From Spirulina sp. (GTDB taxonomy: Bacteria > Cyanobacteriota > Cyanobacteriia > Phormidesmidales > Phormidesmidaceae), in assembly GCA_044070495.1 (NCBI GenBank), contig JBIPSI010000005.1:115565-179564 (forward strand): a stretch of 64,000 nucleotides of DNA. The letters run 5' to 3'. The notes below the pieces were generated by a model. It worked only from the letters and a program-made list of their open reading frames with translations, made no database searches and was not told where the DNA came from. A program made the translations under genes and the position numbers. Within the stretch, counting starts at the first letter, position 1, and every line of letters begins with the position of its first letter. Shown here piece by piece: positions 1 through 9,476 of the stretch.

Positions 1-69
1 GGGGGGCTGGGAACATTCAGACCAGCATGGCCCCAGGGTATACACGGGCAATGGATGGGCCTAAGGCCA

Positions 70-591
70 CTAGAGCAGACCCGCCAGGGGATCGAGATCC
101 ATCGCCGCTGGAGCCGGAGCCGTCGCTGGGGGCAAGGAGCCTAGCATTAACTCCCGCGCCTTGGTCATCCCTGGCTTCAGGAGATTGATTTGGGCCGGGC
201 TTAGCACCTTAGCCAGTTGTTGATCCAGCAGTTGAAACAGTTGTTGATCGAGAGCTTGGGTTTCGTGGGCTTTGACCATCTCCGGCAGCCAGCCCTGCAA
301 GCGCCCTTCCACAAAGGCGCTGTCGTCTAACAGCATGGCCATGGCCACGTAGCGTAGCGCCATCAGGCCATGGCGCACGCTGCGCTCCACCTTAGCCTCC
401 GGTTCTTGGGTGCGTTGTTGTAGGGCATCGGCAATGGGCTGCATGATGGCAATTTCCTGATCGCGCAGGATACGGTAAACCGCGATGCGCTCAGGAATTG
501 AGCTAACGTACTGGCTCAGCAGCGTCAGATCGTTGGCATCAAGGTAGGGCTTTTCCGCGTTTTCAAACAGGCTGTCGAGTTTGAACGTCAT
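70..591 (-). CDS. Phycobiliprotein-like (globin-fold) protein of the V4R operon, lacking the chromophore Cys
   Basis: N-terminal AEKPYLDANDL resembles phycobiliprotein ADxxGRYLxxxEL; RSVRHGLMALRYVAMAMLLDD aligns with the CxRDxxYxLRY region but has no Cys; co-oriented behind the V4R gene. Confidence 0.7.
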   Translation of the reverse strand: MTFKLDSLFENAEKPYLDANDLTLLSQYVSSIPERIAVYRILRDQEIAIMQPIADALQQRTQEPEAKVERSVRHGLMALRYVAMAMLLDDSAFVEGRLQGWLPEMVKAHETQALDQQLFQLLDQQLAKVLSPAQINLLKPGMTKARELMLGSLPPATAPAPAAMDLDPLAGLL

Positions 592-653
592 GATCCGATC
601 CTTCGTGAGGCGTGCAGGGCAGCAGATAAGGGAAGGCCGCTAGGGCCATGGGC

Positions 654-980
654 TTAGCCAAACAGGCTGGAGAAATCGTCCAGGGTGAGATCATCGCTGG
701 GGGCGTCGTTGGCCGGGGTGGGTGCCTCGAGGGGCGCAATGGGAACCCCAATGGTGGGCTTGCCCTCCCAGGCCATCATCTCGAAGAATTGGCTTACCGT
801 TAGAGTGAGGGGGGACTCGGCGGTTCCTGGGCTGGCGGCACTGGCGGGGCCAGCGGAGGAAACCTGGTGGGTCGGCATTCCACTCCAGGGTACGCCCTCA
901 AAAAAGGCCTGGACGGTCTCGCGCAGCCAGGGTTGGGTGCCCTTATGGCCATTGGTGGCAGTGAGGGTTGCGGATATCAT
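654..980 (-). CDS. Small conserved hypothetical protein of the V4R operon
   Basis: Start overlaps the V4R stop (977-980); internal repeat TVxxFFExxxWxG; acidic C-terminal LTLDDFSSLF. Confidence 0.7.
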   Translation of the reverse strand: MISATLTATNGHKGTQPWLRETVQAFFEGVPWSGMPTHQVSSAGPASAASPGTAESPLTLTVSQFFEMMAWEGKPTIGVPIAPLEAPTPANDAPSDDLTLDDFSSLFG

Positions 981-1660
981 GCGCCACCTTCCCCAGCCCG
1001 CAGGCGCTTCTCAATGTCACGGGCGTTGGCCCCTTCATTCATCCAGAAGGCGGCGGCGTCGATGCGTTCGCGACCTCCTAGCAGGAATTTGCAGTAGGTT
1101 TCGCCCATGGAGTAGCACTGAATTTCAATGCAGCTCAGTTGCTTGCGCACCATTTCGGTGAAGAATCCGGCGAACAATCCGGCATAGATATGGCACACAG
1201 GCTTACCCACATCCCCTAGGGTACGGGCCACGGCGGAGTCAAACAGGTTGATGAACATGAACCCCTGCTTGCGGTCGCTCATGTCTACCTCCCAACGGCC
1301 CCAGCCCTGGGAAATGTAGGGCCACCACCAGGTTTCTAGCAGAAACATCAGGTTGGCCCGTCGGGGGCTCATGGAAAACTCCTTCTCAAACCAGGTTTCA
1401 AACTGGAGGGAGTCGAACTTGCCCCACTCTAGGCCCACGGTGTACATGATGGCGGAGGAGGCATCCCCCACCTCCTCCTGGAGCCCCTCGAGTAGACCAA
1501 TGATGAAGTCTTCACTGGTCAACACATTGCGGGTGTCGTTCCAGTCGGTGATGGTGCCGTAATCGGTGTTGAACTGGAAAAAGTCCTTGAGGGCATAGTG
1601 ATTATGCTTCCTCGGAAGTTTTTGGTGCAGACGATGGGCTGTCTCTGGGGTCATAACCAT
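977..1660 (-). CDS. V4R (4-vinyl reductase) domain protein, Slr0144-like first gene of a Pap-type operon
   Basis: GWGRW, KPVCHIYAGLFAGFF and CIEIQCYSMGETYCKF motifs typical of V4R domains. Confidence 0.9.
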   Translation of the reverse strand: MVMTPETAHRLHQKLPRKHNHYALKDFFQFNTDYGTITDWNDTRNVLTSEDFIIGLLEGLQEEVGDASSAIMYTVGLEWGKFDSLQFETWFEKEFSMSPRRANLMFLLETWWWPYISQGWGRWEVDMSDRKQGFMFINLFDSAVARTLGDVGKPVCHIYAGLFAGFFTEMVRKQLSCIEIQCYSMGETYCKFLLGGRERIDAAAFWMNEGANARDIEKRLRAGEGGA

Positions 1661-2163
1661 GGTCTATCAAGCCTTGAAGGTTTCTCACTGCTATAAGTAA
1701 TGTGCCCACGCTAGGCCAGAATTAACAGGGTTTTTAATCAATGTTGATGCTAAGGGTTAGCTTCCCCTTGTCGCCAATCACCTAGACTGAGGGAGATCCA
1801 GCGATCCCCGCCCATCCCGTCCGCCATCGGCAGACACAAAACTTATTCCGAATTCCCTTGGCCCTGCGCTGACCCAGGGCAATTTGGCATGGTTGAGATA
1901 CCCCTAGCCCCCTAGATGACCCTAATGGCTAAGGCTAGGTCTGCGGGCTAAGGAAACCTTAGCTCTGGATCCCATCGCCCTGGCCGCAACAAAACTTAAA
2001 CCCTTCTGGCCCACGGGAATCGTGCAGTCGTAGTAATCTGTTGAACGTGGAAGTCAACCCTATTGAGGTTCTCGCTCGGTTCTTGTTAGTAGAACAAGGC
2101 CAAAAAGGGGTTTGGGCCTTAATAGATTGTCATAAATACTTGGTTTTCAAGAGGGCATTATTT

Positions 2164-2370
2164 ATGGTTCAACGCGGTTCTAAGGTTCGGATTCTCCGCA
2201 AAGAGTCCTACTGGTATCGGGATGTGGGTACCGTGGCCACCATTGACCAAAGCGGCATCAAGTATCCCGCCGTGGTTCGCTTTGAAAAGGTGAACTACTC
2301 TGGCATCAACACCAACAACTTTGCACTCTCTGAACTGGAAGAAGTGGAAGCGCCCAAGGCGAAGAAGTAA
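2164..2370 (+). CDS. psaE: Photosystem I subunit IV
   Basis: [48 protein letters not shown] at 2164 with upstream AAGAGG. Confidence 0.98.
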   Translation: MVQRGSKVRILRKESYWYRDVGTVATIDQSGIKYPAVVRFEKVNYSGINTNNFALSELEEVEAPKAKK

Positions 2371-2543
2371 GCCTATCCTCTTGGACAACGCCACGCTCTG
2401 ACGGTTATCCCATACACGCCCCTGCTGTCCACCCTCTACCCCACGCTTGACCCTTGGTCTCGGTGGGGCTGAGTAAGGGTTGCAGGGGTGTTGTGTTTTG
2501 GGGCTAGGATCAGCCTACTGTGCGTTGTTTGTTGGAGACCCCT

Positions 2544-3392
2544 GTGCCCGAACTGCCCGAAGTTGAAACTGTCCGCCGTGGGCTCAACCGTGTCACCCTC
2601 CATCGGCCCATCGTCAACGGTGATGTCTTACTGGCCCGCACCCTGGCCCATCCCCCCAGCCCAGAGGCGTTTTGGGCCGGATTGATCCATACCCACCTCA
2701 CCGATTGGCAGCGCCGGGGTAAATACCTATTAGGACAGTTGGCGAACGGAGAGGGAGAATCGGCGGGCTATCTGGGGGTTCACCTGCGGATGACCGGGCA
2801 GTTGCTCTGGGTCGAACCGGCGGAACCCGTGCCCAACCATTGCCGGGTCAGAATCTTTCTCGCAGACAACCACGAACTGCGCTACATCGACCAACGCACC
2901 TTTGGTCGCCTGTGGTGGGTGCCGCCCGGTCAGGATCCAGCCTCGGTGATCACCGGACTGCAAGCCTTAGGGCCAGAACCCTTTGATAAGGCGTTTTCCC
3001 CGGCCTACCTCAAAGCACGCCTTGCCCGCAGTCACCGCCCGATTAAAAACGCGCTGTTGGATCAATCCCTGGTGGCGGGTATTGGCAATATCTACGCCGA
3101 CGAAGCCCTCTTCCTCAGCGGCCTGCGCCCCACGGTTTTGTCCCATCAGATTGGTCTTCGCCGCCTGACTAAGCTCCACGAAGCCATTCTCCAGGTACTC
3201 ACCACCAGCATCGAATCCGGCGGCACCACCTTCAGCGACTACCGGGATATCTACGGCATCAACGGCAACTATGGCGGCGTGGCCTGGGTCTACGACCGGG
3301 AAGGACAGCCCTGCCGCGTCTGCCAAACCCCCATTCAGCGCATCAAGTTGGCGGGGCGTTCGGCCCACTATTGCCCCCAGTGCCAGCGGTAG
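2544..3392 (+). CDS. mutM: Formamidopyrimidine-DNA glycosylase
   Basis: PELPEVET N-terminus (GTG start), RRGKYL, HLRMTG, GIGNIYADE, C-terminal zinc finger CRVC...CPQCQ. Confidence 0.97.
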   Translation: MPELPEVETVRRGLNRVTLHRPIVNGDVLLARTLAHPPSPEAFWAGLIHTHLTDWQRRGKYLLGQLANGEGESAGYLGVHLRMTGQLLWVEPAEPVPNHCRVRIFLADNHELRYIDQRTFGRLWWVPPGQDPASVITGLQALGPEPFDKAFSPAYLKARLARSHRPIKNALLDQSLVAGIGNIYADEALFLSGLRPTVLSHQIGLRRLTKLHEAILQVLTTSIESGGTTFSDYRDIYGINGNYGGVAWVYDREGQPCRVCQTPIQRIKLAGRSAHYCPQCQR

Positions 3393-3394
3393 GA

Positions 3395-3655
3395 CTAGAG
3401 CTTGGCGCGAATGGTGAAGGAATAGTCTCCCCCTGGCTCCAGTTGGTAGTCACAGCGCTCCAAAAAGCGACTGAGGGGTTCGCAAATCAACGCTCGTCCT
3501 AGGGAGGGTTCAATGCGTAGCTGGCCCTGACGAAAGCGCCACTGAAACTGCCAGGCATAATCGCTAGCCCTCACTTCGCCCTCAATGCGACCCTGACTCC
3601 AGGACTGATGGGTAATACGCACGTAGGCGGTGGTTTCGGAGGGACGAGTAGGCAC
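3395..3655 (-). CDS. DUF3146-like conserved cyanobacterial protein (start uncertain)
   Basis: ETTAYVRI...WQFQWRF...PSLGRALI.EPL.RFLE..DYQLEPGGDY.F pattern. Confidence 0.75.
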   Translation of the reverse strand: MPTRPSETTAYVRITHQSWSQGRIEGEVRASDYAWQFQWRFRQGQLRIEPSLGRALICEPLSRFLERCDYQLEPGGDYSFTIRAKL

Positions 3656-3962
3656 GACGATTACACAGGGGCAAGGGGACGGGGTAGGAGGGCGTAGGGA
3701 ATGCCAGGGCAGTGGTGAAAGTTCCTTTTCCATAGGTACCATACCTCTAGAGTAGAGAGCCTATGGTACGAATGCCGTGAACCTCGCTACAGCCCAGCCG
3801 AGCCTGGCGTAACGGATTTTTTGAGAACCGTTTAATCCAAGACGAAAAAACGGTAGCCTAGGATGAAGCCCTATGGTCGGTTTACCGTGCCCAGCCTCAC
3901 GCATGGGTGCCGCACACCGGAATGTCGGTGCTCTTTTTTTAGCTCAACGTTGGAAACTGCCT

Positions 3963-4880
3963 GTGCCCAAGGTCGGCATCATCTATAACGACATTAAGCC
4001 CGTTGCCCAGCAGGTTGCCCTAGAGTGGCAAGAAAAGCTGGAGGGGCAAGGGTTAGAAGTTGTCCTTGCCACCGGGGCCGGAGGCATCCTGGGCTACTCT
4101 AGCCCAGAGCGGCCCATGTGTCACACCCCCCTCGATAGTTTGGTGCCGCCCCAGTTTGATGCAGACATGTTGTTTGCCCTGGTGCTGGGGGGAGATGGCA
4201 CCGTTCTAGCCGCCTTTAGGCAACTGGCCCCCATTGGCATTCCGCTGCTCACCATCAACACCGGCCACATGGGCTTTCTCACCGAAGCCTACCTCAACCA
4301 ACTGCCCCAGGCCATGGCCCAAGTGCTGGCGGGGGAGTACGAAATTGAAGAGCGATCCATGCTGGCGGTCAAACTTTGCCAGGGTGACGCCTTAATTTGG
4401 GAAGCCCTCTGCCTCAACGAAATGGTGCTGCACCGGGAACCCCTCACCAGCATGTGCCACTTCGAGGTTGGCATTGGTCGCCATTCCCCCGTAGACATCG
4501 CCGCCGATGGCATCATTATTTCCACTCCTACGGGTTCCACCGCCTACGCCCTCTCTGCCGGTGGCCCAGTGATTACCCCTGGCGTATCGGTGACCCAACT
4601 CATCCCCATTTGTCCCCATTCCCTGGCCTCGCGGGGGCTGGTCTTTCCCGATCACGAAGCCGTCAGCATTCATTCAGCCAACACCGACCCCCTGGTGATG
4701 ATTGTGGATGGCAACGCCGGTTGCTACGTCATGCCCGGAGACTGGGTGAGCACCTGCCGCGCCCCCTACATGGCCCGATTTATTCGGCTGCGTTCCCCAG
4801 AGTTCTTCAAGGTGCTGCGGGAAAAACTGGGCTGGGGCCTACCCCACATCGCCAAACCCACCTCCGTTGAGTTGCCCTAG
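3963..4880 (+). CDS. nadK: NAD(+) kinase
   Basis: [17 protein letters not shown] and [21 protein letters not shown] motifs; GTG start at 3963. Confidence 0.95.
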   Translation: MPKVGIIYNDIKPVAQQVALEWQEKLEGQGLEVVLATGAGGILGYSSPERPMCHTPLDSLVPPQFDADMLFALVLGGDGTVLAAFRQLAPIGIPLLTINTGHMGFLTEAYLNQLPQAMAQVLAGEYEIEERSMLAVKLCQGDALIWEALCLNEMVLHREPLTSMCHFEVGIGRHSPVDIAADGIIISTPTGSTAYALSAGGPVITPGVSVTQLIPICPHSLASRGLVFPDHEAVSIHSANTDPLVMIVDGNAGCYVMPGDWVSTCRAPYMARFIRLRSPEFFKVLREKLGWGLPHIAKPTSVELP

Positions 4881-5014
4881 CGATTCGGTTAGAGCTAAAA
4901 GATCCTTGCCGCGAAATACCGCCTTGCCTATTCCGGGTCAAGGCCAGTTGCAAAAACGGCTGAGCCGCATCATCCATTGCACACCTAGCCGTATCGTCTT
5001 TGGGTTAACTAGCC

Positions 5015-5755
5015 CTAGCCCAGCGTGGCCTTAAATAGGTCTAGAGTGTGTTCCCAAGCATCCTTGGCGGCGGCGGCATTGTAGCTCTCGCGCTGGTCGC
5101 AGAAAAAGCCGTGGTCGGCATCGGCGTAGCGAAAAATCTTGTGGGGAATTTCGCACTGGGTGAGGGTTGCTTCGATAGCATTTACTTCCTCTAGAGAAAT
5201 CAGCGGATCCTTTTCGCCAAAGAATCCATAGACCGTGCCGCCAATCTCCCCCGTGCGGCTGAGGGTGGGGGCACCGCCGCCCGGAGTGCTATTCACAATA
5301 CCCGCCCCATAGAACGCAGCCGTTGCCTTCACCTGAGACAGGGTTGCCGCCAGATAGGCCACATGGCCCCCAAAGCAAAAGCCCATGCAGCCCACCCCCA
5401 CCGGGCGCACATTCTCCTTAGACAGCAGAAAATCAATGGCCCCCTGTACATCGCTGAGCAATTCTTCGGCACGGGTGCCCATCTTATAGTCGCGCCCTTG
5501 GGCTAGGGCTTCCTCGGTGTAGCCCACCTCAAAATTGGGAGCTTGGCGATGGTAAATGTGGGGTGCAATGGCCACATAGCCCGCTGCGGCTAGGCGTTCG
5601 GTGACTTCGCGAATGTGGCTGTTTACCCCAAACACTTCTTGAATGACCACAACGCCGCCAAACATCCCCTCACGGGAGGGTTCAGCTAAATAGGCCGGAA
5701 TTTGCAGATTGCCGCTAGTAATGGAAACGGTGGCGCTACGCACAAGGGAAGACAT
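5015..5755 (-). CDS. Dienelactone hydrolase family protein
   Basis: IQEVFGVN, GFCFGG nucleophile motif, ADHGFFCD. Confidence 0.93.
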   Translation of the reverse strand: MSSLVRSATVSITSGNLQIPAYLAEPSREGMFGGVVVIQEVFGVNSHIREVTERLAAAGYVAIAPHIYHRQAPNFEVGYTEEALAQGRDYKMGTRAEELLSDVQGAIDFLLSKENVRPVGVGCMGFCFGGHVAYLAATLSQVKATAAFYGAGIVNSTPGGGAPTLSRTGEIGGTVYGFFGEKDPLISLEEVNAIEATLTQCEIPHKIFRYADADHGFFCDQRESYNAAAAKDAWEHTLDLFKATLG

Positions 5756-5965
5756 GGTGAATTGAGGAGGTGAGGAACATTCCCTACCTTACCGCTGGGG
5801 CCGAGGCAAATGTCAAAAATTATTGCGTTGCCCCACCACACAGCGGCGAAGGCGGCGACTTTTGAAAGTTTCGTCCTAAATTAGCAGTACTGCCTGTGGA
5901 TCAACGGGATAGTTCTCACCTGAATCTTCTCGCAGAGGGCTACTGCTTATACATAAGGCTCTATT

Positions 5966-6073
5966 GATCCCCCCTGCCCCCCTTAAGAAGGGGGGAACTA
6001 GAGGAAGGGTTGCCCTTTCTAAGAGGGAAGCTAGCGTCAAAGTCCCCCTTTCCAAGGGGGATTTAGGGGGATC
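5966..6073. repeat. Intergenic palindromic repeat, family B (GATCCCCC...CCCCCTT-N-AAGGGGG...GGGGGATC)
   Basis: Multiple hairpins; related copies at 23018-23086, 22891-22960 (degenerate) and 57018-57070. Confidence 0.8.
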
Positions 6074-6122
6074 TCCCAGGCTGTGGTTGAAGCAGTCAAG
6101 CCCTGTATAAGCAGCAGCCCAG

Positions 6123-6147
6123 TGGGAGAGGGGTTGGGGGTGAGGGC
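6123..6147. repeat. Half copy of palindromic repeat family A (GGGAGAGGGGTTGGGGGTGAGGGC)
   Basis: Matches the end of the copies at 7881-7976 and 54219-54333. Confidence 0.75.
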
Positions 6148-6187
6148 CAAGGAATCCCACAGCAGCCATTTAAGGGAGGTAAGTGCG

Positions 6188-7174
6188 GTGGTGCAGTTTC
6201 ATATTCAACCCGATAGCGACATTCCCGCTTCGACCCAGCTCTACGACCAAATTTGGTTTGCCATTGCCTCCCGCCAGTATCCGCCGGGGTATCGGCTGCC
6301 CAGCACCCGCCAACTGGCCATGCACACGGGCCTGCACCGCAACACCATCAGCAAGGTCTATCGCCAGCTTGAGGATGCCGGAGTGGTCGAGGCCATGCCG
6401 GGATCGGGCATCTACGTGCGAGAGCAGGGCGTGGGGGAAAGTGCGCGGCCCCAGTCGGCTCTGTGGGATGAGTTTCCCCAGGCGCGGGAGGTGGTGGAAT
6501 CGGGCTTGGATGAATTGCTGCGCCAGGGCTGTTCCCTCAACCAGGCGCGGGAATTGTTTTTGGCCGAGATTGACTGGCGGCTGCGGTGCAGTGCGCGGGT
6601 GCTAGTGACGGTGCCCCACCAAGACATTGGCGCGGGTCAGTTGATTGCGCGGGAACTAGAGGCCGCTTTAAAAATTCCCCTGCAACTGGTGCCCCTCGAA
6701 GAACTCGATGTGGTGCTGGCCCAGGCTCGATCTGGCACGGTGGTCACCAGCCGCTACTTCATCAACGAAGCCGAGGCCATCGCCGCCCCCAAATCTGTGC
6801 GCGTGATTGCCGTGGATATTTACGACTACAAAAAGGAACTCAGCCTGCTGAAGGACTTGCCCAAGGGCACCTGCCTGGGGATGGTTAGCCTCAGTACGGG
6901 CATTTTGCGCGCCGCCGAGGTGATCAGCTACAGCCTGCGCGGCGACGACATCCTGGTGATGACCGCCCAAACCGAAGACAGCTACAAGCTGGGGGCCGTG
7001 GTGCGTAGCGCCCAAACCATTGTGGTGTTTGACGAAGCTAGTTTGCCTGCCGTCAAAAAAAACATCACCGAGGCCCGCGAAGATCTGATCCGCCCACCCC
7101 ACCTGATCGTCTGCGACAACTACATCGGCGAAAAATCCATCAACCTGCTGAAGCGAGAACTAGGGTTGGACTAA
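6188..7174 (+). CDS. plmA: GntR-family regulator, PlmA subfamily
   Basis: QFHIQPDSDIPASTQL...LPSTRQLAMHTGLHRNTISKVYRQLE; RBS GGGAGG before GTG 6188. Confidence 0.9.
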   Translation: MVQFHIQPDSDIPASTQLYDQIWFAIASRQYPPGYRLPSTRQLAMHTGLHRNTISKVYRQLEDAGVVEAMPGSGIYVREQGVGESARPQSALWDEFPQAREVVESGLDELLRQGCSLNQARELFLAEIDWRLRCSARVLVTVPHQDIGAGQLIARELEAALKIPLQLVPLEELDVVLAQARSGTVVTSRYFINEAEAIAAPKSVRVIAVDIYDYKKELSLLKDLPKGTCLGMVSLSTGILRAAEVISYSLRGDDILVMTAQTEDSYKLGAVVRSAQTIVVFDEASLPAVKKNITEAREDLIRPPHLIVCDNYIGEKSINLLKRELGLD

Positions 7175-7336
7175 TACCTACGATTGCAATTTCTAATCCA
7201 ATACATCTATCAAAAGGTAGATGTACGGTGACGTTTTATGACGGATTTGGGCACCTTAGAGGAGCGTCCCGCCATGGTTATAGGCGTCGCTTTTTCCTTG
7301 TCTTCTCCTCCCTTTTCTAAGTTCCCTCATTCCGCC

Positions 7337-7804
7337 ATGAACAAAGTTCTGATCGAATCCATCAAAGCGTCCGATGGTCGCTACCTCAGTGACATTGAAC
7401 TGCGCCCCTTTGCCCAGTTTGTGGCCTCCTACGAAACCCGCTTTACCACCTACGCTGTGCTCAAGGAGAAAGCCGAAACCCTGGTGCTAAGCAGCCTGCG
7501 TCGCCTGATGCAAACCCCTCACCGCAAGGTGATCACCGACCATGGATCAAAATGTCAGCGGGATATGACCTATACCCTCCAGTGCATCGCCCAAGCCATC
7601 CTCATGGATGACTCCCAAGGGTTCATGGAGGACTATGTGCTGTGGATGCAGAACATCACCCGCGCCCTCCACAAAGAAAACTCTGCCATCGATGCCTACC
7701 GTTCCCTTCAGCAGGAGGTGGCGGCTACCTTTCCCGCCGAAGGTGCCCTACTCATTAACAACCACCTCGACAAGCTCATCCAAGCCTTTAGCGACGGCCT
7801 TTAA
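7337..7804 (+). CDS. Divergent phycobiliprotein-like protein retaining a CxRD motif
   Basis: ASDGRYLSDIEL and KCQRDMTYTLQCIAQAILMDD resemble the allophycocyanin/phycocyanin fold. Confidence 0.75.
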   Translation: MNKVLIESIKASDGRYLSDIELRPFAQFVASYETRFTTYAVLKEKAETLVLSSLRRLMQTPHRKVITDHGSKCQRDMTYTLQCIAQAILMDDSQGFMEDYVLWMQNITRALHKENSAIDAYRSLQQEVAATFPAEGALLINNHLDKLIQAFSDGL

Positions 7805-7880
7805 TCCCTCAAAACGTGCCTGAGAATCGAGAAACTCGGAGGAGCAATCGGTCACAAACACGCTCTTTTGCCGAGATTCA

Positions 7881-7976
7881 GCCCTCACTCTAAATCCTTC
7901 TCCCACCTTGGGAGAGGGACTTTGAATCGCTTCTGGCTCCCCTCTCCTCCCTGGGAGAGGGGCTGGGGGTGAGGGC
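7881..7976. repeat. Intergenic palindromic repeat, family A (GCCCTCAC...two CTCTCC/GGAGAG hairpins...GTGAGGGC)
   Basis: Terminal inverted ends and two internal stem-loops; copies at 12913, 54219 and 59206. Confidence 0.85.
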
Positions 7977-8119
7977 GGCTGAAACTTGGCAATCTACTGA
8001 ATCCTACGACCGAGCCTCTATCAACCACCGAATTTGTTACCCCGTTGCATATTGTGTAACTAGCCCCTTGCTCCCCTAGCGATTCGCCATAGTAGAGGTG
8101 TCGCGTTGGGATATGGGCT

Positions 8120-9100
8120 ATGGCAACTTCCACAGGGCGTAGCGAATATCGACATCGGCGGCCCTCGGCCCTGGGCGTGGGGCTGGTGGGGCTGGTGCTG
8201 ATGGGGGGCTGTGCGGGGGCTTCGGTGATGGAGTCTCCTGGCGAGGCCGTTAAAACCGAGGCTGATGGGTCGGGCTTGGTGGAAATGGATGCCGCCCGCC
8301 AAAGCGCCGCCCCCACAACAGAAGGGATAGCAGCCCCCCAGGCCGAAGACGTTGCTCCTGTACCGGAGACAGACGTTGGCCAAGCCGCGCCCCAACTGGT
8401 GAAGCGGGCCACCCTGGTTCTCACCCTCACCGACATTGATGGGGCCATGGCCGAGGTGCAGACCGTGGTGCGCCGCGCCCAGGGCGATCTATTGCAGCTA
8501 GAAGATACCCGACGGCCCGAAGGCACTGCCCACCAGGTCTATATGGCCCTGCGGGTGCCCCAGGCCCAGCTTGAACCCACCCTGGCCGCCCTGCGGGAGT
8601 TGGGCACGGTGCAGTCCCAGTCCCTCAGTGCCGAGGATGTGTCGTCGCAGTTGGTGGATCTGTCGGCCCGGATTAAAAACCTGCGCCAGTCGGAAGCCGC
8701 TCTGCAAAGCATCATGGAACGGTCGGGGGAAATTTCCCACGTCCTGGAGGTGGCGCGAGAACTTAGCACCGTGCGCGACTCCATCGAACGGCTAGCTGCC
8801 CAGGAACAAAACCTCAAGCGCCAGGTGGCCTATTCCACCATCGACCTGACGCTGCAAAGCCCAATCACGGCGGTAACGCCCCTGCGCCCGGTCTCCGAAA
8901 CCCTCGGCAACACCTGGCAATCCGCCACCCAATCGGTGAAAGCCTTCACCGTGGGCGGCCTCCAAATGGCCCTCTGGCTCTTGGCCTATAGCCCCTACTG
9001 GGTGCTGCTGGCGCTACTCATCTACGGTGGCTACCGGATGCGGACTCGACGGTCTGCCCCCGCCGCCGACAGCGAACCCAGCCCACCCTCGGTCAATTAG
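8120..9100 (+). CDS. DUF4349-domain lipoprotein/membrane protein
   Basis: Lipobox-like LMGGC; LRVP, EDVS.Q.VDL.ARIKNL and VAYSTIDL motifs; C-terminal TM helix. Confidence 0.85.
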   Translation: MATSTGRSEYRHRRPSALGVGLVGLVLMGGCAGASVMESPGEAVKTEADGSGLVEMDAARQSAAPTTEGIAAPQAEDVAPVPETDVGQAAPQLVKRATLVLTLTDIDGAMAEVQTVVRRAQGDLLQLEDTRRPEGTAHQVYMALRVPQAQLEPTLAALRELGTVQSQSLSAEDVSSQLVDLSARIKNLRQSEAALQSIMERSGEISHVLEVARELSTVRDSIERLAAQEQNLKRQVAYSTIDLTLQSPITAVTPLRPVSETLGNTWQSATQSVKAFTVGGLQMALWLLAYSPYWVLLALLIYGGYRMRTRRSAPAADSEPSPPSVN

Positions 9101-9110
9101 TCGTGATGCC

Positions 9111-9476
9111 CTACTCAGCCGAGGGTGCGTCCGAAGCTTGGGCGGGTTCGGCGGATCGCAAGGCCCGTAGTTCAGCCTCTAAACCTTCGATGCGCTGGAG
9201 CAGTTGTTGATTGGTTTCCATCATCTCCTGGGCGCGGCTGCTCAGGTAGGGGTCTGTTTCCCACCAGTTGATGCCGATTTCGCGGGCCTTATCCACCGAA
9301 GAAATCAGCAGCCGAATGCGGATGCTGAGGAGTTCCGTAGAACCCACGGAGATCGAGATATCGCCAGCGATGACGATCCCCTTATCCAGCACCCGCTCCA
9401 GCACATCCACTAGGGACGAACTTTGGGTGGCGGTGGTGATGCGAGCAGATTGGGGACGGGGGGCGGGGGTAGTCAC
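9111..9476 (-). CDS. gvpJ: Gas vesicle protein GvpJ
   Basis: [52 protein letters not shown]. Confidence 0.93.
   Translation of the reverse strand: MTTPAPRPQSARITTATQSSSLVDVLERVLDKGIVIAGDISISVGSTELLSIRIRLLISSVDKAREIGINWWETDPYLSSRAQEMMETNQQLLQRIEGLEAELRALRSAEPAQASDAPSAE

Noticed and set aside
2041..2163. 41-aa N-terminal extension of PsaE
   Set aside because: Canonical PsaE begins at ATG 2164 with an RBS; the extension is an in-frame upstream TTG artefact
5755..5785. CTCCTCA/TTCCTCAC motifs resembling Yfr1 sRNA
   Set aside because: Directly abut the hydrolase start codon and lack the flanking hairpins and full ACTCCTCACAC motif
5876..6169. 97-aa ORF, and the similar repeat-derived ORF at 54265-54501
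   Set aside because: Translations of palindromic repeats (PPKSPLERG, PLSRRGEGLGVRA); no evidence of real genes
6083..6187. N-terminal extension of plmA in the ORF track
   Set aside because: Runs through a repeat; RBS and family N-terminus point to GTG 6188
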